Both the position numbers and the translations under genes were made by a program. From the NCBI GenBank assembly GCA_038733315.1, contig JAVYPJ010000001.1, positions 318,832 to 382,831 of the forward strand: a DNA stretch of 64,000 nt, read 5' to 3'. This stretch comes from Candidatus Aenigmatarchaeota archaeon (GTDB taxonomy: Archaea > Aenigmatarchaeota > Aenigmatarchaeia > CG10238-14 > SpSt-28). Shown in pieces: positions 19,401-28,931 of the stretch. Below the pieces are notes generated by a model. The model was not told where the DNA came from, did no database searches, and saw only the letters and a list, made by a program, of their open reading frames with translations. How positions within the stretch are numbered: position 1 is the first letter of the stretch; each line of letters starts with the position of its first letter.

Positions 19401-20642
19401 ATGGAAGGTATAAGTTTTTATTACGTATCTTTGCTAATACATAACCTTAGTTTAATTCCGGTAGTGTTTTTATCGTTTATCTTTTACTTTCTTTGTATAT
19501 ATGCAATCACTTTTCAGAATGATGTAAGAAAGAGAAATGTTATTAAGGAATATCCGTTTGTTTCTATTCATATTCCAGTTTATAACGATATAATAGTTGG
19601 AAGATGTATTCAAAAGTGTTTGGAGCTTGACTATCCAAAAGATAAATATGAAATAATAGTTATAGATGATAGCACTGACGAAAAAGTAAAAAAAGTTGTA
19701 GATTCCTTTAAAGGAAAAATAAAAATTTTGAGGAGAGAAAACAGAGAAGGATTTAAGCCGGGGGCTTTAAATTATGCTCTAAAGAAATCAAAAGGAGATA
19801 TAATTGTTATATTTGATTCTGATGAAATTCCTCCAAGGAATTTTTTAAAAGAGGTTGTAAAACATTTCAATGATGAAAAAATTGCGATGGTTCAAACAAA
19901 ATTGAAAATTTATAATTCAAACAAAACAATAGTTTCTAAGTTCGCTTCTCTAGTTTTATACGTTTATTACGACATATTTTTACCGGCTTTTTTCAAAAAT
20001 AGAATTCTTCATTGCGCAGGTTCTAGCGTAGCTATAAGGAAAGATGTTTTATTAAAACTTGGTGGTTGGAATCAAAGCAGTGTTACTGAAGATACAGATT
20101 TTAGTATAAAACTTCTTTTAAATGGTTACAAAGCGGTTTATTTAAAAAATTTGCAAACAAAAGCCGAAGCTCCGGTTGACTTAAAAAGTTTTATTAGGCA
20201 GCAAGCAAGGTGGACTTTTGGAATTGTCAGAGGTTTTGTAGAAAATTGGAGAGATATTATAACAGATAACACACTTAATTTTACTCAAAAATTTCTAATA
20301 ACGTTTCAGTTATTCTTGGGATATTTTTTGGGTATGTTTATTATTATTTTCACTTTTTCTGGTCTGTTCGTTTTTATATTGGGAGAACCAAGAGAGCCTA
20401 CATTAATGGATCTTTTTAAAACTGTAGGAATATTTTTTATAACTTCGGGTTTTCTTGCAAATCTATTTTTTGTAAGTTTTAAAGAAAAAATAAAAATAAA
20501 GTTTGAGTTGATTTTTGTTTTACTAACTCTTGGATTTCTTTTATTGGTTACTAATACAATTTATTTTTTTAGAGCATTTTTCACTAATAAGTTTTATTGG
20601 CATGTAACTCCAAAATATTCAAATAGATTTATTAAAAGTTAA
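19401..20642 (+). CDS. Membrane GT2 glycosyltransferase (processive, QxxRW-type)
   Basis: VSIHIPVYND and VIDDSTDE motifs, FDSDE, and QQARW. TM helices at both ends. Confidence 0.7.
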   Translation: MEGISFYYVSLLIHNLSLIPVVFLSFIFYFLCIYAITFQNDVRKRNVIKEYPFVSIHIPVYNDIIVGRCIQKCLELDYPKDKYEIIVIDDSTDEKVKKVVDSFKGKIKILRRENREGFKPGALNYALKKSKGDIIVIFDSDEIPPRNFLKEVVKHFNDEKIAMVQTKLKIYNSNKTIVSKFASLVLYVYYDIFLPAFFKNRILHCAGSSVAIRKDVLLKLGGWNQSSVTEDTDFSIKLLLNGYKAVYLKNLQTKAEAPVDLKSFIRQQARWTFGIVRGFVENWRDIITDNTLNFTQKFLITFQLFLGYFLGMFIIIFTFSGLFVFILGEPREPTLMDLFKTVGIFFITSGFLANLFFVSFKEKIKIKFELIFVLLTLGFLLLVTNTIYFFRAFFTNKFYWHVTPKYSNRFIKS

Positions 20643-20675
20643 ATTATCATTAATAGGCTGTTTTATTATGAGAAT

Positions 20676-20747
20676 GGCCCGGTTGGTGTAGCGGTAGCAC
20701 AGGGGCCTGTGGAGCCCCTAGGCCGGGTTCGAATCCCGGGCCGGGCC
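20676..20747 (+). tRNA. tRNA-His (anticodon GTG) with genomically encoded G-1
   Basis: An extra 5' G pairs with discriminator C73. Anticodon loop CUGUGGA. Confidence 0.85.
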
Positions 20748-20792
20748 AAAATTAAATCTTTTTTAAAGGTTTTAAAATAATATTTTTTATAA

Positions 20793-22424
20793 GTGAGCAT
20801 GACAACTTATATATTTGTAACAGGTGGAGTAATAAGTGGTATAGGAAAAGGTATAGTAACTGCTTCTATCGGAAGGATTTTAATTTCTAAGGGGTTTAGA
20901 GTTACTGCTATAAAGATAGATCCATATATAAATTACGATGCTGGAACTTTAAGACCTACTGAGCATGGAGAAGTTTTTGTTACTGCAGATGGTGGAGAAA
21001 TAGATGAAGATTTGGGTCACTATGAAAGATTCTTAGGAATTAATTTAACAAAAAATCATAATATAACTACTGGTAAAATTTATCTTAGAGTTATAGAAAA
21101 AGAGAGAAGAGGAGAATATCTTGGTAAAACTGTGGAAGTAATTCCTCACATAACAAATGAAATAAAGGATTGGATTAAAAAAATTGCAAAAGAAGATAAC
21201 GCAGATTTTGTTATTGTTGAAATTGGCGGAACTGTTGGAGAGTATCAGAATGAAATATACTATAGGGCAGCTAGAATAATGAAAAATGAGGGCGAAAAAG
21301 TTTTGTTTGTTCACGTAGTTTATCTTCCTATTCCTAAGCATCTGGGTGAAATGAAAACAAAGCCGGCACAACATAGCATAGAATTATTAGGTAGATTAGG
21401 GATTTTTCCAGATTTTATAGTTGCGAGAGCGGAAAAGGAGTTAGATGAGATAAGAAAGGAAAAATTTTCTATGATGTGTAATATAAGAAAAGAAGATATA
21501 ATTTCTGCACCTGATTTAGATCTAACATACGAATTACCTCTATATTTTGAAAAGCAAGATCTTGGAAATAAAATATTAGAAAAAATTGGTTTAGAAAAAA
21601 GAAAAAGCGATTTGAGCTTATGGGAAAAAATGGTTATGAATTTAAAAAATTCGAATACAATAGTTAAGATTGGAATAGTTGGAAAATATTTTGATAGCGG
21701 AAATTTTGAATTTTCGGATTCTTACATTTCTATTATAGAGGCTATTAAGCACGCATGCGCTTTTTTAAAAGTAAAACCTCAGATAATTAGCATAAATTCT
21801 AAAGCTCTAGAAAATAGTGAAGACTTAAATAGTCTTAAAGATTTAAATGGAATAATAGTTCCAGGCGGTTTTGGAGTAAGTGGTGTTAACGGTAAATTAA
21901 GGGCAATTAAGTATGCTAGAGAGAATAACATTCCATTTTTGGGATTGTGTTTTGGATTTCAGCTAGCGGTTATAGAATTTGCTAGGAATGTTTGTAATTT
22001 AAATAATGCAAATTCTACCGAAATAGATGAGAAAACAGAGCATCCTGTAATAGATTTAATTCCAGAGCAAAGAGAAATACTTGAAGAAAAGAAATATGGT
22101 GCATCGATGAGATTGGGGAATCATGTAGTTAAGATTAAAAAAGAAACATTAGCATATAGGATTTATCAAAAAGAAGAGGTTTTAGAGAGATTTAGACATA
22201 GGTATGAAGTAAATCCAAAGTATGTCAAAATTCTTGAAAAAAATGGCTTAGTTTTTTCTGGTTTTTCAAAGGAGAATGAAAAAATAATGCAAATTTGCGA
22301 ATTGCCGAATCATAAATTTTTTATATGTACACAATTTCATCCAGAATTTTCCTCTAAATTTTTAGATCCTCACCCAATTTTTGTTAATTTTGTTAAAGCA
22401 TGTATATCTTATGAAAAAACATAA
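20793..22424 (+). CDS. pyrG: CTP synthase
   Basis: N-terminal synthetase domain IFVTGGVISGIGKG. C-terminal glutamine amidotransferase domain (GLCFGFQ). Confidence 0.9.
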   Translation: MSMTTYIFVTGGVISGIGKGIVTASIGRILISKGFRVTAIKIDPYINYDAGTLRPTEHGEVFVTADGGEIDEDLGHYERFLGINLTKNHNITTGKIYLRVIEKERRGEYLGKTVEVIPHITNEIKDWIKKIAKEDNADFVIVEIGGTVGEYQNEIYYRAARIMKNEGEKVLFVHVVYLPIPKHLGEMKTKPAQHSIELLGRLGIFPDFIVARAEKELDEIRKEKFSMMCNIRKEDIISAPDLDLTYELPLYFEKQDLGNKILEKIGLEKRKSDLSLWEKMVMNLKNSNTIVKIGIVGKYFDSGNFEFSDSYISIIEAIKHACAFLKVKPQIISINSKALENSEDLNSLKDLNGIIVPGGFGVSGVNGKLRAIKYARENNIPFLGLCFGFQLAVIEFARNVCNLNNANSTEIDEKTEHPVIDLIPEQREILEEKKYGASMRLGNHVVKIKKETLAYRIYQKEEVLERFRHRYEVNPKYVKILEKNGLVFSGFSKENEKIMQICELPNHKFFICTQFHPEFSSKFLDPHPIFVNFVKACISYEKT

Positions 22425-22887
22425 ATATATAAATCTTTATAAAGAGTTTCAACAAAATCTATTTAGTTCAGTGAATTATTTAAAGAAACATTTTTTATAT
22501 AATTTTCTAGTGTTTTTTTCAAGGAGCATTTTCTTTATTTATGCCTATTTCTGGCAAATTAAAAAAGGAAAAATTGAATACTCTTCTATGAACGATATTT
22601 TGAACTTGTTTTATTTCGATTTTCTAAGAATAGAAGAGAAAGATGTTGAGATTGTAAAAATTTCTCATAAGGAGCTTGTTACTAGGTGTCGTAATCCTTG
22701 TCCAATTTTGAAAATCGCTAACTACTTTAATTTAGATACTAGAGATTTTTGTAAAAGAGTTTCTGAGCCTGTTTGTAAATATGTTTTAAGGAAAATAGAT
22801 AAAAATATTTTGTTCGAGAGAAATTATAATAATATAAGACCATATAAAGATAGCTGTGAAGAAAAGATAGAATTAATAAGCAATTAA
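22381..22887 (+). CDS. Cys-rich hypothetical protein
   Basis: The ORF's 5' end overlaps pyrG, so the real start is probably the internal Met (about 100 aa). CRNPCP and CKRVSEPVCKY Cys pairs. Confidence 0.3.
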   Translation: MLILLKHVYLMKKHKYINLYKEFQQNLFSSVNYLKKHFLYNFLVFFSRSIFFIYAYFWQIKKGKIEYSSMNDILNLFYFDFLRIEEKDVEIVKISHKELVTRCRNPCPILKIANYFNLDTRDFCKRVSEPVCKYVLRKIDKNILFERNYNNIRPYKDSCEEKIELISN

Positions 22888-22904
22888 AAGGTACTTGATA
22901 TTTT

Positions 22905-23429
22905 ATGATATCCGAAATTTTAATATCTTTTTTTATAGCACTCTCTATTCTAATTTTCTTTAAATATTTAGAAATAAGCAGAAAATTACATGAAAAGGCT
23001 TTTGAATTATTTCAAAAATGGAAAGAAAAAGAGTTAGAAAAAGAAGCGATTGAAAGAGCAAAAATTCTATTAGAGAGATGGCTTTTAGAAAAAGAGAAGA
23101 AAATTAGAGAAGATGCTATACAAAAATCTTTATCAACAATAATAGGAAAAGTTGGTGAACAATTAGCGCCTATATTTTTTCTGAAAAACTATGGAATAAA
23201 TCCAAAAGATGTTAGGTTTATAGGTAGCCCTATAGATTTTATAGCTTTTAAGAATCTAAGCGAAAATAAACCGGAAAAAATAATTTTCATAGAAGTTAAA
23301 AGTGGTAAGTCTAATTTAAGCGAAAAAGAGAAAATGATTAAAGAACTAATAAATAAAAAAAGGGTAGAGTTTTTAGAAGTTGATATAGAGGAAGAAATAA
23401 AAAAACTAAATTACTCCAAGCTTCGCTAA
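22905..23429 (+). CDS. Membrane-anchored endonuclease related to archaeal Holliday-junction resolvase (COG4741-like, PD-(D/E)XK)
   Basis: N-terminal TM plus coiled coil. C-terminal IGSPIDFIAF...IIFIEVKSGKS matches the D...E-V-K nuclease core. Confidence 0.5.
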   Translation: MISEILISFFIALSILIFFKYLEISRKLHEKAFELFQKWKEKELEKEAIERAKILLERWLLEKEKKIREDAIQKSLSTIIGKVGEQLAPIFFLKNYGINPKDVRFIGSPIDFIAFKNLSENKPEKIIFIEVKSGKSNLSEKEKMIKELINKKRVEFLEVDIEEEIKKLNYSKLR

Positions 23430-23666
23430 TATTTCGTTTGCATTATATTCCTTCTTTAACTTTATGTAAGCTTTTTTAATACCTTTTCTCGTAATTATTG
23501 TATTTACTTTTTCTACTTTAACGTTTAATTGTTTTTCTATAGCTTCTTTAATTTGTTTCTTGTTAGCGTTTCTATCTACTATAAAAACTAGCTTATTCTC
23601 TTTTTGCGCTAATCTTATGGCTTTTTCTGTTTGATATGGATAAAATATCACATCCATACTATTCAT
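23406..23666 (-). CDS. rpl23: 50S ribosomal protein L23 (uL23)
   Basis: 86 aa. NKLVFIVDRNANKKQIKEAIEKQLNVKVEKVNT is a close match to archaeal L23. Confidence 0.85.
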   Translation of the reverse strand: MNSMDVIFYPYQTEKAIRLAQKENKLVFIVDRNANKKQIKEAIEKQLNVKVEKVNTIITRKGIKKAYIKLKKEYNANEILAKLGVI

Positions 23667-23696
23667 AGAGTTTTTATATTTAAATATTGTTTTTGT

Positions 23697-23708
23697 ATTG
23701 CGCGCAAT
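23697..23708. promoter_or_regulatory. 12-bp GC-rich perfect palindrome ATTGCGCGCAAT in a divergent intergenic region
   Basis: Lies between the rpl23 start (minus strand, 23666) and the exonuclease gene start (23751). GC content is atypical for this AT-rich spacer. Confidence 0.35.
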
Positions 23709-23750
23709 TAAGGGTATGTAAACCCAATAAATCTAAAAATTTAAATATAA

Positions 23751-24236
23751 ATGGAAAATTTTGTAGTACTGGATATTGAAACTACAGGATTAGATCCTTT
23801 TAGCGATAAAATTATAGGCTTTGGGTTAGCAGATGAAAAGAAAATTTTAGTGAGGGTATCTATGGATGAGAAAGTTTTGTTAAGGGATATTTGGGAAAAC
23901 ATAAGTAATAAAGTTGTTATTGGATATAATGTAAAAAACTTTGATTTTCATTTTTTGAAAATAAGAAGTTTAAAAAACGATATTGCTGTTAAAAAAGTTT
24001 CAAATGTAGTTGATTTATTAGAAATTTTGGGAATGAATAATAGCTATAAGAGAAAAAGCTTAAATTTTCTTTTGGAGTTTTTAGATTTTAATACTAAACC
24101 TTTCTCTGGGGCTAAAATTCCAGAATTTTTAGAGAGGGGTGAAATAAAAAAGATTGAGATGTATATAGAGGAGGAAATAAAGGCTTTATTAAAGCTAATA
24201 AAAAAATTAAAAGATTGCGGTTTATTAAATTTATGA
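23751..24236 (+). CDS. DEDD-type 3'-5' exonuclease (PolB-exo-like, minimal)
   Basis: VVLDIETTGLDP Exo I motif and YNVKNFDFHFL Exo II-like motif. Only 161 aa. Confidence 0.55.
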   Translation: MENFVVLDIETTGLDPFSDKIIGFGLADEKKILVRVSMDEKVLLRDIWENISNKVVIGYNVKNFDFHFLKIRSLKNDIAVKKVSNVVDLLEILGMNNSYKRKSLNFLLEFLDFNTKPFSGAKIPEFLERGEIKKIEMYIEEEIKALLKLIKKLKDCGLLNL

Positions 24237-24568
24237 GATATAAATTATTACTCGCAATACCTTTAATACTTTTTACTTTGCAAATTTCCCTTTCAGATTC
24301 TATTCTAACGAATATTAATAATTTAATAGAAAATGTTCTAAACATTCCTTTAAGAATTGGTAAGTTTTTTTATGATTTTTTAGGCTTAGAAAGAACTGTT
24401 GGAGCTTATCTTAAATCTGTTTCTGAACCTGTAAAGAGTATTGTTATAGTTATTCTTTTGGTTATTTCAATTTTTTTAATCATAACATTTATAAAAAACT
24501 TAGTTTTTGCTATAGTAGTCTTTATCTGTTTATGTATAATACTTTATTTGATTTTTTATGTTTTATAG
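24215..24568 (+). CDS. Small membrane protein (2-3 TM)
   Basis: Hydrophobic ORF. Confidence 0.3.
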   Translation: MRFIKFMRYKLLLAIPLILFTLQISLSDSILTNINNLIENVLNIPLRIGKFFYDFLGLERTVGAYLKSVSEPVKSIVIVILLVISIFLIITFIKNLVFAIVVFICLCIILYLIFYVL

Positions 24569-25087
24569 ATGGTTAAAAAGTTTTATTACATATTATATCC
24601 GAGAAATGTTTATGTTATAGGTGTTGGTAGTGTAAAGAATAATGAAATAAACTTTATGAGCGCTTGTTGGGTTATGCCAGTTGCTACAGATAAAAAACTA
24701 ATAGCTTTTTCGTGCCATAGGGAAAATTATTCTTTCGAGCTTATTGAGAAATATAAGGCTTTTTCTGTTAATGTGACAGATAATATAGATTTAATTTGGA
24801 AGCTTGGAACAACTAGTGGAAGAGAAATAAATAAAGCTAAAGAGTTTGATGTTAAATTCGAAAGCGGGAAGGTTTTGGATGTGCCTATTTTAAAAAATTG
24901 TCTAGCATTTTTAGAGGCAAAAGTTATTAATTATGTTGATGTCTCAGATCATAGATTATACATAGCTGAAGTTATGAATTTGGGTGGAGATATTGGCGAT
25001 TATGGTTTAAGGGAGTATTGGAGAGTTCCATTACATAAGGGTGGAAAGGCTTTTGCAAAAGTTTCTAGAGAATTAAAATTTATTTAA
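24569..25087 (+). CDS. Flavin reductase-like FMN-binding domain protein
   Basis: Sequence pattern VIGVGS...MSACWVMPVA..KLIAFSC is typical of flavin reductase-like split-barrel proteins. Confidence 0.55.
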   Translation: MVKKFYYILYPRNVYVIGVGSVKNNEINFMSACWVMPVATDKKLIAFSCHRENYSFELIEKYKAFSVNVTDNIDLIWKLGTTSGREINKAKEFDVKFESGKVLDVPILKNCLAFLEAKVINYVDVSDHRLYIAEVMNLGGDIGDYGLREYWRVPLHKGGKAFAKVSRELKFI

Positions 25088-25106
25088 AAATTTTTATATA
25101 TACTCT

Positions 25107-25733
25107 ATGGGGGAATTAAAAATTAAAATAAAAACATCTTATTTAATAGCAATTGTTATTGTTTTAATATTTTTAGTTTTTTCAATTTTTTTGTTTCAAA
25201 ATCTAAATTTGTTTAAAGAAAGCGAAATTACAAATGTTAATGATTTAATACTTCAGAGCGATATAATTCTAGGAAATCCTAATTCTGGAAAAATTCTAAT
25301 TGAATATAGCAGTTTAGAATGTTCTGCATGTGAATATTTTCACTTATACCTTTTTGATAATGTTCAGGATGCAATTAATAAAAACGAAATAGCGTATATA
25401 ATAAGGTTAATTCCTTTTAAAAGGGATGAGTTTAGCAACAATTTAGCTAAGCTAGGATATTGCTCAATAAAACTTACTAATTCAACAGAATTTATTAAAA
25501 CTATATATAAGAATTTAGATAGCGCTAAAAACATTAACTTTTTTTATGAATTGTTTGATGGTGATGTAGAGAAATTAAAAGAGTGCGTAAATAGTTTTGA
25601 AGCTGAAAAATATTTATCTAATAACATTAAGAAATTCTTAGATGATAAAAATGAATTCACTCCAACATTTATATTAATAAAAAACGGTAGAATTGAAAAA
25701 ATAGTTGGTGCTAGGGTTATTAATTTAGATTAG
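25107..25733 (+). CDS. DsbA-like thioredoxin-fold protein with N-terminal TM
   Basis: N-terminal TM. SLECSACEYF CxxC motif. Confidence 0.5.
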   Translation: MGELKIKIKTSYLIAIVIVLIFLVFSIFLFQNLNLFKESEITNVNDLILQSDIILGNPNSGKILIEYSSLECSACEYFHLYLFDNVQDAINKNEIAYIIRLIPFKRDEFSNNLAKLGYCSIKLTNSTEFIKTIYKNLDSAKNINFFYELFDGDVEKLKECVNSFEAEKYLSNNIKKFLDDKNEFTPTFILIKNGRIEKIVGARVINLD

Positions 25734-27317
25734 AAGGTTTAAATTAATTTCTGCTATAGTAGTTGGCATGAATATTTCAAAATTGGATAAAATTTCGGGA
25801 TGAACTTCTCCTAAGAATCCTATAACTTTTTTATTTTCTAAAACTATGTATGCTTGTCTACCTTCTATTAAAAACTCTAGTTTACTTTCTTTTAGAGAAA
25901 TTTCTTTCTTTAAATATTTGAATAACTCTTCCAAAATAGAAATAATTTCTGAAAGGTTTGCTTTTTCGTGGCAACAACAAATACATAAACATCTATAATC
26001 CTCTAAATTTTTTACTATATATCCTATTTCGAAAACATTTTGTGGATATTCTTTTGAAATGTTTTTAGATAAGAAGGATAGAATACTTGGGAATAAACAA
26101 TTTCTTATTACGTTATATTCTTCGCTTACAGGATTTAATATTTTAGTAGGTTCTTCAGAAATTTTAGCCCTTATTAAATTTTTTTTGTTTGTAAGTGTTG
26201 GTGTTATTATTTCTAAAAACTTCATACCTATTAAAAATTCCCTAATTTTGTTTTCAAAAATTTCTCTTTCGTGAATCTTTCCTATCGTTACTGTTTTTAA
26301 TTCATCAAGCTCAAAATTATTATAACCATATGCTATTGCTACATCCTCTATTATATCTCTTTTATGTAATATATCTACTCTATAGAATGGTACAACAACA
26401 TCTATATCTTCTTCATTTAATGTAATAGCTTCAAATCCCATTTTTTCAAGTAAATTCTTTATTTCTTCAGCTTTTAAATTTAAACCAAGTAAGCTATTTA
26501 TTTCTTTCTTATTTATTCTAATTATTTCGTTATCGATTTTTGGATATTCATCATTATTTAAATAAACTTTTTGAGGACTTCCAAAAAATGAAAAGAAATA
26601 AATTAATATTTTTGTGGCTATTTCTACACTTCTCTTATCTATTCCAGTAATGTCTACAAAAATGTTTTTAGTATTTGTTGTTAATCTTGTTTTTTCGGAA
26701 TTTATTATTGGTGGAAATGAAATTATAGATTCTTCATCATAAATTGCTGGATAAGGTTCATAAATCAAATTCCCATATTTCTTACCTTTATCACATATTT
26801 CCAAAACTTCGTTTAAAGTCATTTCAGTTTCATAAGTTAGTGGAATCATTTTTTCGTTTGGAAGAGCTTCTCTATAATAAATCTCTCCCTTTATTTTATC
26901 TAAATCGTGAATTCCTATAGCAACTAAACTTCTGTCTCTTCCAACATATTTATGCAAAGTTTCTTGAAATTCAATAATTCTTTTTAGTAGATTTTCATCC
27001 ATTTTTAAATCTTTAACTACAAAACAAGAAAAGAATTCTCTACATCGAACTTTATGTTTATAATATACTTTTATTCCAGAATTTTCCATTTCAAGCTTTT
27101 TAATGCAGCCACCAAATAGGAAATCTTTTATAGCTTTTAGAAGACCCTCTTCAAAAAACAAATCAACCCTATCTTGAGTTATAGATATTTTTATTTTATC
27201 TTCAGTAATTTCCTCTACTTCTGGTTTAAAACTCTCTATTATTTCAGCTATTTTTTCGTTTTCTTCTGTCTGAAGCTCTTTTTTCAGTTTCTTTAAATTG
27301 TATTCGAAAACAGGCAT
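25725..27317 (-). CDS. pheT: Phenylalanyl-tRNA synthetase beta subunit (archaeal type)
   Basis: About 530 aa with B3/4 and B5 domains. Immediately downstream of pheS on the same strand. Confidence 0.8.
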   Translation of the reverse strand: MPVFEYNLKKLKKELQTEENEKIAEIIESFKPEVEEITEDKIKISITQDRVDLFFEEGLLKAIKDFLFGGCIKKLEMENSGIKVYYKHKVRCREFFSCFVVKDLKMDENLLKRIIEFQETLHKYVGRDRSLVAIGIHDLDKIKGEIYYREALPNEKMIPLTYETEMTLNEVLEICDKGKKYGNLIYEPYPAIYDEESIISFPPIINSEKTRLTTNTKNIFVDITGIDKRSVEIATKILIYFFSFFGSPQKVYLNNDEYPKIDNEIIRINKKEINSLLGLNLKAEEIKNLLEKMGFEAITLNEEDIDVVVPFYRVDILHKRDIIEDVAIAYGYNNFELDELKTVTIGKIHEREIFENKIREFLIGMKFLEIITPTLTNKKNLIRAKISEEPTKILNPVSEEYNVIRNCLFPSILSFLSKNISKEYPQNVFEIGYIVKNLEDYRCLCICCCHEKANLSEIISILEELFKYLKKEISLKESKLEFLIEGRQAYIVLENKKVIGFLGEVHPEILSNFEIFMPTTIAEINLNLLI

Positions 27318-27318
27318 G

Positions 27319-28770
27319 TTAAATATTTCTTAAGAAATCAATATCTTGTGACATTATGTTTCTTATGTCGTTTATTCCTGTTTTTAACATAACTAACCTA
27401 CCGATTCCAATACCCCAAGCTAATATTGGTAAATCTATATCGAAGGGCTTAGTTACTTCTTCTCTAAATATTCCAGCACCACCAACTTCTACATATTTAT
27501 CGTTAATTTTAATAAAAACCTCTACACTTGGTTCTGTAAACGGAAAATAGGCTGGCTTAAACTTAACTTTATCGCTACCAAAAATTTTTACTAATTCTTT
27601 TAGTATATATAGTAAATTTTTAAATGTCAAATCTTTATCTACTATAATTCCCTCTAACTGATCAAACTCTATAAAATGTTTTGCATCTATTGTATCCGGT
27701 CTAAAAACTCTATCTATTGCAAACATTTTTAAGGGAATTTTTACTTCGCCTTTTTTTATTTTGTATAGAACTCTAGCACTTATTGATGTATTATGACTTC
27801 TCAAAATATATTTTTTTGCAAGTTCTTCGTCAAAATATTCCCATCCTTTAGAATATTTACCTAAGTGAGAAGACTTTACTTTTTCAAAAATTTCATTATC
27901 TATTTCAGCTTTTTCTTGAGTATCTATATAATATATGTCATGAATATCTCTTGCAACATGTCTACTAGGCATAAACAAAGCATCACAATTCCAAAAATTG
28001 CTTTCAATAATTCTTCCTTTAAACTCTTCAAATCCTAGGGAAATCAAAAAAATTCTAACTTCGTTAAGTATTCTATTATAAAAATGAATTTTTCCTGGAT
28101 AAATTCTTCCAGAACTTATTAACTCATATTTTTTAAATCTTTTGTTTTTCCACATTCCTTTTTTTAGAATTTCTGGAGTAATAGATGCTATTTCGGCTTC
28201 ATCTATCTCAATTTCTTCTTTTTTTGCCAGCTCTGTTAGCTTTATAAATCTTTTTTTGATAATCTTTTCTTCTACAATTTTCCTTTTTATAAATTCTTGT
28301 AACACATTTTTATCTTCTATTTCATCTTCGCTAACTTCAAACTTAAGTTTTTCTAATACAATCTCTTTTGGCATTTTATTTTCTAAATATTCTTTTGCTT
28401 TTTCATTTAGTTGTACTTCTCCTCTAACTATGGAGATTAATTTATCGTTTTTAAGCCAAATAATTCCTATTTCTGATTTTCTATATTTTGTTGTTAGCTC
28501 ACCAATGTTTGTTATACCATTTGCTAATAAATTCAAAACATTTCTTTCTGGTAAACCATTTTCTAAATACTCTTTACCTTCTTGAGATAGCGTATAAACC
28601 TTTTTCTCTTCTGTTATAATTTCTATTAAATTCTTGGATTTTAATAATTGTAGTATTCTTTCTAGATAATCTTTATTTAACCTAGACTTTTCTACAAGGT
28701 CCTCGAAATTTATACTTTCAAAATCTCTTAAAAGTTTAATTATAGCATACTCATCGCTGGATACTTTCAT
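27319..28770 (-). CDS. pheS: Phenylalanyl-tRNA synthetase alpha subunit
   Basis: Class II aaRS motifs (FRPD..DAKHF, FPFTEPSVEV, GAGIFREEV). Winged-helix N-terminal domains. Confidence 0.85.
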   Translation of the reverse strand: MKVSSDEYAIIKLLRDFESINFEDLVEKSRLNKDYLERILQLLKSKNLIEIITEEKKVYTLSQEGKEYLENGLPERNVLNLLANGITNIGELTTKYRKSEIGIIWLKNDKLISIVRGEVQLNEKAKEYLENKMPKEIVLEKLKFEVSEDEIEDKNVLQEFIKRKIVEEKIIKKRFIKLTELAKKEEIEIDEAEIASITPEILKKGMWKNKRFKKYELISSGRIYPGKIHFYNRILNEVRIFLISLGFEEFKGRIIESNFWNCDALFMPSRHVARDIHDIYYIDTQEKAEIDNEIFEKVKSSHLGKYSKGWEYFDEELAKKYILRSHNTSISARVLYKIKKGEVKIPLKMFAIDRVFRPDTIDAKHFIEFDQLEGIIVDKDLTFKNLLYILKELVKIFGSDKVKFKPAYFPFTEPSVEVFIKINDKYVEVGGAGIFREEVTKPFDIDLPILAWGIGIGRLVMLKTGINDIRNIMSQDIDFLRNI

Positions 28771-28804
28771 AAACTAAAATATTACCCTGAAAAATTTAAA
28801 TAAT

Positions 28805-28878
28805 GGGGCCGTAGTCTAGCTTGGTAGTGATGCCGGCTTGGGGTGCCGGTGGCCCGAGTTCAAATCTCGGCGGCCCCA
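28805..28878 (+). tRNA. tRNA-Pro (anticodon GGG)
   Basis: Acceptor GGGGCCG/CGGCCCC. Anticodon stem CCGGC/GCCGG with loop UUGGGGU. Confidence 0.8.
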
Positions 28879-28883
28879 AAAAC

Positions 28884-28923
28884 GATTTTATATAGGATTT
28901 TTTCTAAGATTTATTTTATATAG
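28884..28923 (+). promoter_or_regulatory. Tandem AT-rich TATA-like motif GATTTTATATAG (two copies) between tRNA-Pro and tRNA-Ser
   Basis: Direct repeat ATTTTATATAGG / ATTTTATATAGA, plausibly a BRE/TATA promoter for tRNA-Ser. Confidence 0.35.
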
Positions 28924-28931
28924 AATTTTAT

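Noticed and set aside
27356-28585. Plus-strand ORFs (64 and 147 aa) inside pheS
   Set aside because: Ser/Phe-rich antisense shadows of the PheRS alpha gene.
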